From Candidatus Woesearchaeota archaeon (lineage in GTDB: Archaea; Nanobdellota; Nanobdellia; Woesearchaeales; SKIA01): a DNA stretch of 64,000 nt. Location: NCBI GenBank assembly GCA_043771635.1, contig JAYVHA010000019.1, positions 1,248-65,247 of the forward strand, in the 5' to 3' direction. How positions within the stretch are numbered: position 1 is the stretch's first letter; the number at the start of each line of letters is the position of its first letter. The notes below the pieces were generated by a model. It was not told the origin of the DNA. It did no database searches and saw only the letters and a program-made list of their open reading frames with translations. Made by a program: the position numbers and the translations under genes. Positions 49,483-59,000 of this stretch are shown piece after piece.

Positions 49483-51111
49483 ATGACTAAACATGTGGGC
49501 GCCGCCGCCGATGCATTTACTGATGCAACGGATTATGTGGTGAAAGCAGAGGCCCCAGTGCCTATTACAGCTAGCAAGCAAAATATTGCTGCTAAGCCTG
49601 CAGTCAAGAAGCGCGCTCAACGCACAACTCCTCCTGGCGAGGTAGATGCGCCTGTAAAGAAACCACGAGCAAGGGCGCCAAAAACAGATCCTATTAGCAT
49701 CATGGTTCGTGAAACTGAGGACGCAGGCAAGCAAACCTTGGTGTTCGTGAACGCGAAGCGCTCCGCAGAATCCGTTGCTGAGGATCTTGCACAGGCACGT
49801 GAAGCGAGGCACCCTCTAATTGCAAAAAAAATACTACGCGCACTTAGCAGCCCTACTACCCAGTGTCGAAGGTTAGCATTTTGCGTTGAGCGCGGCACAG
49901 CATTCCACCATTCAGGACTGTCGTCAGCGCAGCGGCGTATCGTTGAAGAAGAATTTCTTTCTGGGAACTTGACTGCTATTTGCGCAACTCCGACTTTAGC
50001 TGCGGGAGTGAATGTTCCAGCGTTTCGCGTAATTATTCGCGATTTGCACAGATTCGAAGGGTACATGACAGAAATTCCTGTCCTCGAGTACAGGCAAATG
50101 ATTGGGCGAGCAGGACGCCCGGACTTTCACGACGATTACGGCGAAGCAATAACAATTGCAAAGTCACCCGGCGACGGCGCGTGGATTGAAGACAGATATT
50201 GGAACGGAACTCCTGAACCTATCTACAGTAAGTTGTCAAACTTACCTGCGCTGCGCATGGCAGTCCTATCACTATATGCAACGCGCTTTGTTCGCTCGCG
50301 CGAAGAACTATTTGTGTTCTTTTCTAAAACATTCTTTGCGCATCAATACGGGAACATAACTAAACTTGAAGAGAAACTTATTGATGTTGAAATTCAATTG
50401 ACTGGCTGGGGATTCTTGTCCTCGGTTGGTGGCGCTGCGAGCGCAACGCCAATGGGTCGCCGCGTTTCCATGCTGTATATCGATCCATTAAGCGCGAGCA
50501 TACTTATTGCTGGTATTGAAAGCAAAAAACCGCGAACGGACGCTGCCATAGCGCATTTGCTCTGCTCCTGTATTGAACTGCGGCCGCTGCTTCGCTTGAA
50601 AACAAGCGACTTCGTGTCGGCAGACGCAGCAATTGACACGCTGCTGCCAGAGCCGTCAATGTTCTCTGCTGAGTACGAAGAATTCTTACAAGCTGCAAAG
50701 ACATCAGCCATGCTCGGCAAATGGATGGACGAAGCGCCTGAGGAGACTATTTTAGCAGAGTATGGCGTTAGGCCGGGCGAACTCAAAGCTAAGTTAGATA
50801 CAGCTGACTGGCTACTTTATGGTATGAGTGAACTAGCGCAGTTACTTGGCGCAGAACGGCGCGAATTTATACGCGCACGCATCCGTATGAAACACGGCGT
50901 CAAAGCTGAGCTCGTGCCACTGCTGCGCATGCGCGGAATAGGTAGGGTTCGCGCTCGCGCACTATTCAACAATGGCTTGACTTCTTTGCAACTTATTAAC
51001 GCCGCGCCGGAAACTAAGCTTGCTGCGCTGCTTGGTGTGAAAGTTGCGGCGCGCGTTAAAGAGCAATTAGCTGGCGGCGGATTGCCGTCAAAACAAAGAG
51101 AAAAAAGATAG
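49483..51111 (+). CDS. Hel308/Ski2-like helicase C-terminal portion (RecA2, winged-helix, ratchet and HhH domains) lacking the N-terminal RecA1/Walker domain, with a ~80-aa basic low-complexity N-terminus
   Basis: The segment TLAAGVNVPAFRVIIRDL resembles helicase motifs IV-V, and the motif VI-like QMIGRAGRPDFHDDYGEA is present. No Walker A/DEAH is found anywhere in the ORF. The C-terminal HhH-like segment is LLRMRGIGRVRARALFNNGLTSL. Confidence 0.7.
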   Translation: MTKHVGAAADAFTDATDYVVKAEAPVPITASKQNIAAKPAVKKRAQRTTPPGEVDAPVKKPRARAPKTDPISIMVRETEDAGKQTLVFVNAKRSAESVAEDLAQAREARHPLIAKKILRALSSPTTQCRRLAFCVERGTAFHHSGLSSAQRRIVEEEFLSGNLTAICATPTLAAGVNVPAFRVIIRDLHRFEGYMTEIPVLEYRQMIGRAGRPDFHDDYGEAITIAKSPGDGAWIEDRYWNGTPEPIYSKLSNLPALRMAVLSLYATRFVRSREELFVFFSKTFFAHQYGNITKLEEKLIDVEIQLTGWGFLSSVGGAASATPMGRRVSMLYIDPLSASILIAGIESKKPRTDAAIAHLLCSCIELRPLLRLKTSDFVSADAAIDTLLPEPSMFSAEYEEFLQAAKTSAMLGKWMDEAPEETILAEYGVRPGELKAKLDTADWLLYGMSELAQLLGAERREFIRARIRMKHGVKAELVPLLRMRGIGRVRARALFNNGLTSLQLINAAPETKLAALLGVKVAARVKEQLAGGGLPSKQREKR

Positions 51112-51143
51112 AAAAAATAATTTTAGCTTGTGCCTTCAATAGT

Positions 51144-51629
51144 TCACTTAACGCGCATGCATTGAATTGCAGCCTCGATTGTGTATCCGTATTGCTTAGA
51201 TTCTACGTCTGGAACAGCGTAACAACCTCCGCCAACAATACCAGCCTTAACTGCTTCAGGTCCGAAGTAAGACCTCTTTAGAGGAGTTATCTTACCAAAC
51301 TCAGGGGCATTGCCGTACGCAATGCAATCCGTTTCTAGAAGTATATCATTACTCTTAGTACAAAATAAGTCTACAGATTTTTGCAGTGAGTCGTCGTCAT
51401 ACGCCGAAGCAGGTATATTTAGTGAACTGCGCAATACATAAACTGATGACTGCTGTGGCGCTCGCATTGCTTCACCCCCAATAGTATTGGAAACAGAATC
51501 AATACCAACAGGCACATAGACACTCGATGGCGCGCTGCCACGACCCATCCAAGTCATCGTAACGATAGAGACAACTGCAACGATTGCGACAAGCGCAATC
51601 AACCATTGATTAGAATTAGAATTCTCCAT
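51144..51629 (-). CDS. Small secreted or anchored protein, hypothetical
   Basis: N-terminal anchor WLIALVAIVAVVSIVTM. Cys residues near the C-terminus. Confidence 0.4.
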   Translation of the reverse strand: MENSNSNQWLIALVAIVAVVSIVTMTWMGRGSAPSSVYVPVGIDSVSNTIGGEAMRAPQQSSVYVLRSSLNIPASAYDDDSLQKSVDLFCTKSNDILLETDCIAYGNAPEFGKITPLKRSYFGPEAVKAGIVGGGCYAVPDVESKQYGYTIEAAIQCMRVK

Positions 51630-51640
51630 ATGTCTTTTCT

Positions 51641-51649
51641 GGGGGGGGG
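51641..51649 (+). repeat. G9/C9 homopolymer tract between a TATA-like box and the start codon of the 51144-51629 gene
   Basis: Read directly. The minus strand reads GTTTATATTTT-CCCCCCCCC-AGAAAAGACAT-ATG. Confidence 0.6.
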
Positions 51650-51837
51650 AAAATATAAACCTTGCTTTTTATCAGTGGCCACGAAAAAAGCGTTCGCACT
51701 ACATACAGTAGCATTGCCTAAAAAAAACCTAGTAAAGTATAAATACTACGCCAAGGTAGAGGCGCCAACGTTCGTTGAGCTTGCAATAGCAGGCGCCTCG
51801 GGGGAATAAACATGCAACACCATACCATGGGTGAAGA

Positions 51838-51960
51838 TGACGCAGACTAGTGGGATGACGACGACAGTGACGACGATAGTCTTGACGACTTTGATGACGG
51901 CGACGATGGCGACAGCGACGAATTTGACGATAAAGGCGACAACGACAACGAATCTTAAGC
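51838..51960 (+). repeat. Low-complexity GAC/GAY-rich repeat segment with ambiguous coding. It reads as an acidic D-rich peptide with an internal TAG, a Thr-rich frame, or a Val-rich antisense ORF.
   Basis: The repeated unit gacgacga / gacggcgac is visible. Three frames give homopolymeric-like peptides. Confidence 0.4.
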
Positions 51961-52068
51961 CATAAGTCAATTTTTTGAAATTATTTCTATAGATTTTAGA
52001 TCTGCAGGTATCAAACAATATACTTCACTAGACACCAAACATATAAACTACAAATACAGCTTTACACG

Positions 52069-53049
52069 ATGGAATTAACAGAAAGCGAAATCGCTGCTGT
52101 TCTAAGAAATTATGCTATCGGCGAGTTTCAATCGCTCAGTAAGATTTCTAGAGGGTACATAAATTACAATTGGTTAATCAAAACCCGTACAGGAAGTTAT
52201 GTACTTAGAGCCGCTCCTACGTATCGCACGAAAAAAGAACTTTCCTTTGAGCATTTATTCCTGTTAGCACTCGAGGGCAAGTTTCCGTATGGGATTCCAC
52301 TTCCGATTGAAACTGTTAGTAACACCACGCTTTGTAATTTCAAGGGGCACCTATTTTGGCTTTACAAATACATCCCAGGCGAAGTAATCAAACAAACAAC
52401 GAACCAACAAGTCAAACAAGTAGCGCAAATGATGGCAAGTATGCATACAGCCTCTGAGAACATGAAAATAAAAGACAGTAAGAAGTGGCCTCATGCACTA
52501 AATAAACGTAGCCTTTTACTAGACCTTACAGTCTTGCAACAACGCCTTCGCCGTAAGCACACAATTACTGCTAATTATTTCAAAGAACATTTAGCAGAAA
52601 TTAAGGATTGCATACTTGCAGTAGACCCACACGGTTACTCCGACCTTAAGCGCTTCCCAATACACGCAGATGTTTACAATCCTAATTTAGTTTTTGCAAA
52701 TAACAAGCTTGTTGCAGTTATTGACTTTGATAATTGCCACGTCGACACTGCAATCCACGACATAGGTTGTTATTTACATTCATCTTGTAGAAAAGGGTAT
52801 AAATTAGATCTAGAAAAGGCGAAAATGTTCTTGAAGGAATATCGTAAACTCAGGCCGATAAGTCGACAGGAAGTTCGTTATCTAGCTGACATCGCGATTA
52901 TGGGCTATGCAGGATCATTTTATTTCTATTCACAAGCTAGCGAAACAGGTTCAAAAGAGGCTAAACTTTTGGCTATGCTGAAGCGAAGCAAACTTGCAAC
53001 GGTTTGGTGCGCGCAGAACAGAACACAAATTCATGCCGCACTAGTATAA
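52069..53049 (+). CDS. Aminoglycoside phosphotransferase / homoserine kinase II-family kinase (protein-kinase-like fold)
   Basis: Brenner motif HADVYNPNLVF and AVIDFDNC (the DFG-equivalent). 326 aa. Confidence 0.6.
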   Translation: MELTESEIAAVLRNYAIGEFQSLSKISRGYINYNWLIKTRTGSYVLRAAPTYRTKKELSFEHLFLLALEGKFPYGIPLPIETVSNTTLCNFKGHLFWLYKYIPGEVIKQTTNQQVKQVAQMMASMHTASENMKIKDSKKWPHALNKRSLLLDLTVLQQRLRRKHTITANYFKEHLAEIKDCILAVDPHGYSDLKRFPIHADVYNPNLVFANNKLVAVIDFDNCHVDTAIHDIGCYLHSSCRKGYKLDLEKAKMFLKEYRKLRPISRQEVRYLADIAIMGYAGSFYFYSQASETGSKEAKLLAMLKRSKLATVWCAQNRTQIHAALV

Positions 53050-53073
53050 CTCACAGCAAACTATCAATAAGTT

Positions 53074-55326
53074 TTAACTGCCTTCTTCTTCTTTACCTTC
53101 GGTTACTGCACGGCTAACTTCAACATATCTGCACTTTGGATAGCTCGAGCAGCCCCAGAATGAACCGTAAAAGCTGTTCCGCTGCGCTAGCGGCTTGTTA
53201 CATTTAGGACACGTCTTTGACGCAGGCTCTTCCGGCTTTGGCTTGCCAGGACAAAGTGGATTTACACAATACTCGCGACTACCAAGCTTTAGTAGCGGAT
53301 ACTGATCATGTGGGCACGTCTTGCCAATTGCACGTAGTAATCCTTTTTGTGGTACACTGAAAGTAGTAGTGCATTTTGGATAGTTTGAGCAACCGACAAA
53401 GCGTCCGAACTTACCCTGTCGCAGTTGTAATGTGCCCCCGCAAATGTCAGGACCTAAGTTTGAGCGCTTGTCTTGCGCCGTTCGCTCCGCATCTTTTAGT
53501 ACAGCGCCAATTTCTTTCTCATGCACTTTGAAATGCGCAAGTACTTTGAGAAGATGCGCTTTCGCATGCGCAAGCACTTCTTCGGGTTTTGCACTGCCTA
53601 AGCGGATACTTTCAATTTCTTCTTCAATGTCGCGCGTAAGTTGTTCGTCAGTTATCTCAGGTACATACTTGTCAAGCGTCCCAATGGTTACTAGACCTAA
53701 CTCGCTCGCCGTAATCGATTGCTCATCCACATAACCACGGTCATATAAGTTCTGTACAATATCAGCGCGCGTTGCTTTCGTGCCGAGCCCACGCTTCTCA
53801 AGTTCTTTGATAATAGACGCAGGAGTATAACGGCGCGGCGGCTGAGTCATTTTCTTTTCAATCCCAACTTCTCCCGGCACTTTTGCACCGATTGTAATCG
53901 TAGGAAGAATTTCTTCTTCCAACTTTACGTGTCGACCATATATAGCGTGCCAACCCGGCTCAATTGTGTGAGTACCTCGCGCAACAAAAGATCCCGCGCC
54001 CTTTGCAATTGTTACTGTTTGTGTTTCACGAATGGCAGGATCACCAAACGTAGCGAGAAATCTTCTCACTATAAGATCGTAGACAGCAGCAGTGCGACCA
54101 ACAAGATTTTTTGGTGCGACGCCAGTTGGGAAAATTGCGGGGTGCGCTGGGTCAGTTTTAGGACCGTTATTCGGTTTCAAATCTTTGCGCTTGCTTAGCA
54201 TTGCGGCAATTTCTTTGTACGCAGGTTGCTTGCTAATTTCTTTGATAATTGCAGGTAAACCTAGTTCAGGCGGGAGAACCTGGCTGCTAGTACGAGGATA
54301 GCTCGTGTAGCCACCAGTGTACAGGTCTTGCGCAACGCGCATAGTTTCCTTAGGGTTTATACGCAAGCTTCGGTACGCTTCAGTTTGCAAGGTAGTCAGG
54401 TCAAACGGAAATGGAGGTGCGGCCGATGTGCGCTTTGCATCTACTGCGCTGACCGCTGCCTGACCTTTGGAAGCTGCTTGATATGCCTCTGCAGTAGCTT
54501 GTGCGTCAAACGGATTCTTGATGCAGGCAGCATCGATTTCTACTGAACCAATTTTAGTTGGAAGCGAGAGTTCCCAGTAAGGCACCGGGATGAACGCCTT
54601 GATTTCTTTTTCCTTCTCTACAATAATTTTTAGTGCAGGGCCTTGCACTCGCCCGCTTGATAAAATCTTAAAACCACCTGTGGTCTTAACGGCGAGTGTA
54701 AGCGCACGACTTAGGTTAATACCATAGTACCAATCAAGTTCGTGACGCGTTTTACCGGCCATTGCTTGACCCCAGTTGATAGTATTTGCCTTTTGGTTAT
54801 AGCTGATTCGAAGTTCGTTTTCTGTAAGTGTACTGTACTTCATTCGGTTTGCGTCAGGCCGTTTACAAGCGAAGGCGAGTACAGTGTATCCAATTACTTC
54901 TCCTTCAATATCATAGTCTGTTGCGATAGTAATAACGCTCGCGTGCTTTGCTAGTTTTTCGATCACACGGATGTAAGCGTCAGCACCACTCTTTTCTAGT
55001 GAGTTCCACTTAATATCAAAAACAGGGTAAGTCCAGCCTTTCTTCTCCTTCTTATCCTCAACGACACCATACAAATGGCCTACTGCGCTCGCGACCACAA
55101 TGTCTTTGTCACCGTGCGTGAGCTCCCACCAAGTAACTTTTCCTTGCATTTGCTTGATGGGTTTACTGTTTGATAGGCTCTCCGCTATCTTCTTTGCGCT
55201 GCTAGGTTTTTCAGTAATAATTAATTCATACTTTCCAGCGGCAGCGCTACGCGCTCCTTCCGTCGCTGCGCTAGGCTTATTAGTTTTCTTTATTACGACT
55301 TTTTTTGCAGCCTTAGCGAGCGCCAT
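53074..55326 (-). CDS. topA: DNA topoisomerase type IA (archaeal TopA / Topo III-like) with C-terminal zinc ribbons
   Basis: Toprim at the N-terminus (ELIITEKPSSAKKIAESL). Type IA core. Three C4 zinc-ribbon motifs (e.g. CPKCNKP...CSSYPKC) at the C-terminus. Confidence 0.9.
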   Translation of the reverse strand: MALAKAAKKVVIKKTNKPSAATEGARSAAAGKYELIITEKPSSAKKIAESLSNSKPIKQMQGKVTWWELTHGDKDIVVASAVGHLYGVVEDKKEKKGWTYPVFDIKWNSLEKSGADAYIRVIEKLAKHASVITIATDYDIEGEVIGYTVLAFACKRPDANRMKYSTLTENELRISYNQKANTINWGQAMAGKTRHELDWYYGINLSRALTLAVKTTGGFKILSSGRVQGPALKIIVEKEKEIKAFIPVPYWELSLPTKIGSVEIDAACIKNPFDAQATAEAYQAASKGQAAVSAVDAKRTSAAPPFPFDLTTLQTEAYRSLRINPKETMRVAQDLYTGGYTSYPRTSSQVLPPELGLPAIIKEISKQPAYKEIAAMLSKRKDLKPNNGPKTDPAHPAIFPTGVAPKNLVGRTAAVYDLIVRRFLATFGDPAIRETQTVTIAKGAGSFVARGTHTIEPGWHAIYGRHVKLEEEILPTITIGAKVPGEVGIEKKMTQPPRRYTPASIIKELEKRGLGTKATRADIVQNLYDRGYVDEQSITASELGLVTIGTLDKYVPEITDEQLTRDIEEEIESIRLGSAKPEEVLAHAKAHLLKVLAHFKVHEKEIGAVLKDAERTAQDKRSNLGPDICGGTLQLRQGKFGRFVGCSNYPKCTTTFSVPQKGLLRAIGKTCPHDQYPLLKLGSREYCVNPLCPGKPKPEEPASKTCPKCNKPLAQRNSFYGSFWGCSSYPKCRYVEVSRAVTEGKEEEGS

Positions 55327-55511
55327 ATATAGATAGGCGCCCTGTTCTCCTTAATATTCCTTGCCGTAGTTTAGCCGAAAATATTTTTGGTGCAAAAAAA
55401 AGATACTTGTACCCGCAATGCAATCAGAATGTGCGTTAATTACGATAGTGAAAGCAAAATTATCCTTGAAAGGAAGAAAAAAAATAAAATATTTTCGAGA
55501 CTTATCTATAC

Positions 55512-55826
55512 CTATGCAGTATGGATGCGGTGGCCAAATTCCCAAAATAGGAAGGACCATAGTAGCATCAAAATTGCAATAACTGGAAAGAATGCGTCGC
55601 TATTCTTGAATGCGCTTAGATTTCCAAGAGCATTAAGAGTGTAGTACGCAGCAAACGCTATTGATACTAGGAACAATGCGTACATTATGTGACTGAACGC
55701 TTTGTGGTGGTCCTGTAGTTCCTTGCGCGCAGTTAGAGCCGGCGCTGGTGCAGGTGTAATGATTGTTTCTTTGCGTGGCATTGGAGCCTGCGCTTTAGTA
55801 ACCTTAGTTGTAGTCTTCTTCGCCAT
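55512..55826 (-). CDS. Small membrane protein, hypothetical
   Basis: 104 aa with a basic N-terminus and two TM helices. Confidence 0.3.
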   Translation of the reverse strand: MAKKTTTKVTKAQAPMPRKETIITPAPAPALTARKELQDHHKAFSHIMYALFLVSIAFAAYYTLNALGNLSAFKNSDAFFPVIAILMLLWSFLFWEFGHRIHTA

Positions 55827-55906
55827 GCGAGAGAATCACCCCTGATTCTATAACATACCTTAACTAGACATTTATAAATTTACTTTGCTGCGCCATAGTG
55901 ACATAA

Positions 55907-56260
55907 ATGACTATTAACCTACCAAATTCACCACCCATGCCTACGCAGAGCATCGCAGAGCAAGCCCAAACCGTAGTTAAGCTGTTCAACTCCATTGTTG
56001 GAAGTCATCGTAGACTCACGCAAACAGCCCTCGAGTCCCTTGAGCACGGAGACGCTGTCAACATAATTAGTGGCACCGCAGAGCGCCCAGTAATCGAAAT
56101 AACTCTGCAGCGCGAAGGCACACAAATAATCGCCACAGTTCGTTCTGACCAGACTCTACCGCCGAGAATGCGTGCTCAAGCTCAAGCAATGGTAGAGCGG
56201 TTTCTTCTAGAAAATAGGAAAACGTGGAACGCTGAATCTCAAATCAGCATCCCGAAGTAG
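55907..56260 (+). CDS. Hypothetical protein
   Basis: ORF only, 117 aa. Confidence 0.25.
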   Translation: MTINLPNSPPMPTQSIAEQAQTVVKLFNSIVGSHRRLTQTALESLEHGDAVNIISGTAERPVIEITLQREGTQIIATVRSDQTLPPRMRAQAQAMVERFLLENRKTWNAESQISIPK

Positions 56261-56350
56261 CTTTCTATCGTAGCCGCCTAAAGTAACATCAATAAGGCCG
56301 CAGACCTTTGATGCGAAACAGTTAAAACTACAAACCAGATATCTATTAAC

Positions 56351-57091
56351 ATGGTTGCGAGAATTGCGATTGAGCACCAGCGCAAGCCGCTTGTGGTTGT
56401 CTCGGATATCTCTGGCGCAATTCCGGAACAGTATCAATCGCTATCACTTTCGCCTCAGCAGGTACAATATGCGCACGAGGTACTCTCAGAGCTCGAGTCG
56501 GTACACGAGCTCCTAGTAAGGGAATCATATGCTGCGGGGATCGCACCAGCTGTATCCAAACTCATAATTGATGTGCACGAAAATATTGATAGCCCAAAAC
56601 TGTTTCTTGAGCAACTCGGAGACTTAATTATTCTTGATAACTCGCAACTTCCAGAAAGAGAGGAGAACTTTCGAATCGAAGAGTTCTATATCGAATATCA
56701 CGCAGCACTACGCCGCATATTGTATGCGACGCAAGAGCGTTTCGGGCGCGCATACTTAGTGTACTGCAAAAAAATTCCTCGATTCTATAAAGAACAGGAA
56801 GTACCGTATGACATTGGAATCGTAACGCAGAATGGTTTCACTTTTGCTGCAGATATTGCGGCGCACATAGACTACAAAGTGCAGCAAAATCCAGGAACAT
56901 TCTATTATGATGTTTTACATGGTCCGCTACAAGACTGCTTTGAACATGGAAAAGTAACCGCAGTTGCGCTCCTAATCAACGAAAAACTACTGCGTAGCCA
57001 GGCAATGAAAGAGCAACTAGCACTTGACCTTGCAACAGCCATTAGTCTTGCCCTCCCGCAAGTAGTAACGGATTATCGACGGAACCTTTAA
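56351..57091 (+). CDS. Hypothetical protein
   Basis: ORF only, 246 aa. Upstream of the GH15 gene. Confidence 0.3.
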   Translation: MVARIAIEHQRKPLVVVSDISGAIPEQYQSLSLSPQQVQYAHEVLSELESVHELLVRESYAAGIAPAVSKLIIDVHENIDSPKLFLEQLGDLIILDNSQLPEREENFRIEEFYIEYHAALRRILYATQERFGRAYLVYCKKIPRFYKEQEVPYDIGIVTQNGFTFAADIAAHIDYKVQQNPGTFYYDVLHGPLQDCFEHGKVTAVALLINEKLLRSQAMKEQLALDLATAISLALPQVVTDYRRNL

Positions 57092-57116
57092 GTATCGTCT
57101 TTGGGCCAAAGAGAGT

Positions 57117-59000
57117 ATGCGTCCTGTTGTTCTTAGTAATCAACGTCTTCTAGTAAACCTCGATGACCGCGGTTTTATGCGCGACTTATATTACAAACGC
57201 GTCGGACAAGAGAATCACGTGCTTGGCAGACCACACCGCATCGCAGTGTGGGCAGAAAACCATCTAGAGTGGCTTGATTCGCCTGGCTGGCGCGTTACCA
57301 TGCATGCAGATAGTTCGCTTGCAACAACAACAGTGATGCGCAACGACACGCGGGACTTAACAATCACATTTTATGATATAGTGCTAAAACACGAAGATGT
57401 TTTCATGCGGCGCATCACAGCAAACCGCGACATTCGCCTTTTTGTATATCATTACTTTTTTCTTTACGGGGACGGCATTGGCGACACCGCAGGCTATGAT
57501 CCGATCAGAAATATCCTATTTCATTACAAGCGCAAGCGTTACTTTGGAATAGCTGCATTAGTCGGCGATCAAAATGTGCTAAGTGATTACACCGTGGGCG
57601 TGCCGCATGACGGCCAAGAAGCATGGCAGGGCGCAGTGACTGGCGTTCTTGCCAAAAATGCAATCACGCAAGGCAATGTAGATAGTTGCATCGCGTTTAA
57701 TGTTCTTTCAGGACAGACAGTAGACTACACAATCTCCTGCGCGTTTGGTTTCACTGCAATGCGTACACTCTCTGAGCGCATTCGAACCAGCGACCGAACT
57801 GCGCTAGTCGCTGGAACAACTGAGGAAGAGCGAGTGTACTCGCAAGAACCAGAATCATTTGCTTCGCTTCCTGCAACGTGGCGCCGCCTATACCGGCAAA
57901 GTCTACTTCTTGTACGCGCTCATCAAGACACAGGCGGCGCAATTGTCGCGGGCGCTGACAGCGAGAACATGCTGTTCAATCGCGACACTTATACTTACGC
58001 GTGGGGCCGCGACAATGCAATAATTGCGCACGCAATGGATCGCGCAGGAAAACATGAAATTACCCGCGCATACTTTGAATTTATGCGCCCAATTATCGAG
58101 CCTGAAGGTTTCTACATGCACAAGCACCATCCCGACGGAAGCCTTGGTAGCAGCTGGCAAGCTTGGGTGCGTGACGGCAACCCCTATTTGCCAATTCAAG
58201 AAGATGAAACCGCGTTGCAATTATGGGCGCTAAAAGCCCACCATGACGCGGCTGGTGACGACTATGTTAATGGTAGGTACCATGACTGGGTCGCGCCGAT
58301 GATTGATTTTCTTATTTCACACGTGCGCGACGACATAGCACTTCCGAAAGACTCTTGGGACTTGTGGGAGGAGCGGCAAGGAATTCACACATGGACTGTT
58401 GCAAGCGTTATTGCAGGACTGCATGCTGGCGCGTTTTTTGCAGACTTGCATGATGATATCAAGCGCTCGACTGGAGCCCGTAACCTTGCTCAGCGCCTCA
58501 CTGAAAGTATGCTTACAACTCTTACTAGTCGTGAAGATGGACGCTTTATTCGCCGCCTCACACATGACTTACACCCAGACCTAACAATTGATGCCGCAGA
58601 TCTAGCACCATATCTTGTAGGAATACTACCGCCCGAGCATCCCTTGGTCGTTGGAACTGTAAAAGCAATAGAAAAGCATCTTACAACGCCTGACGGCGGC
58701 ATTGCACGCTACCAAGGCGATTATTTTCATAGAAAGACCGAGGACTGCGCCGGCAATCCATGGACATTTTGTGCATTGTGGCTTGCAAATTGGCATGTAA
58801 CACAAGGAAACTGGCAGCGCGCAGACGAACTTATCGAGTGGGTTGTTCGCCATGCCGTTGGCGCGAACTTACTCGGCGAGCAAATGCACCCGCATACTGG
58901 CGAGCCACTCGCAGTGTGTCCCCTAACTTGGGCGCACGCGCAGTTCATTGATACAATGCACACATACGTTGAAGAGCGCGCGCGCCAAGTACAGAAATGA
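57117..59000 (+). CDS. GH15-family glycoside hydrolase (glucoamylase / glucodextranase / archaeal trehalase-like)
   Basis: An N-terminal beta-sandwich plus an (alpha/alpha)6 domain, with the catalytic-region motifs WGRDNA and DLWEER typical of GH15. Confidence 0.75.
   Translation: MRPVVLSNQRLLVNLDDRGFMRDLYYKRVGQENHVLGRPHRIAVWAENHLEWLDSPGWRVTMHADSSLATTTVMRNDTRDLTITFYDIVLKHEDVFMRRITANRDIRLFVYHYFFLYGDGIGDTAGYDPIRNILFHYKRKRYFGIAALVGDQNVLSDYTVGVPHDGQEAWQGAVTGVLAKNAITQGNVDSCIAFNVLSGQTVDYTISCAFGFTAMRTLSERIRTSDRTALVAGTTEEERVYSQEPESFASLPATWRRLYRQSLLLVRAHQDTGGAIVAGADSENMLFNRDTYTYAWGRDNAIIAHAMDRAGKHEITRAYFEFMRPIIEPEGFYMHKHHPDGSLGSSWQAWVRDGNPYLPIQEDETALQLWALKAHHDAAGDDYVNGRYHDWVAPMIDFLISHVRDDIALPKDSWDLWEERQGIHTWTVASVIAGLHAGAFFADLHDDIKRSTGARNLAQRLTESMLTTLTSREDGRFIRRLTHDLHPDLTIDAADLAPYLVGILPPEHPLVVGTVKAIEKHLTTPDGGIARYQGDYFHRKTEDCAGNPWTFCALWLANWHVTQGNWQRADELIEWVVRHAVGANLLGEQMHPHTGEPLAVCPLTWAHAQFIDTMHTYVEERARQVQK

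Noticed and set aside
51746-52018. 90-aa Val-rich ORF on the minus strand
   Set aside because: It is a product of the GAC/GTC repeat. Composition is implausible for a real protein. It is retained only as part of the low-complexity repeat note.
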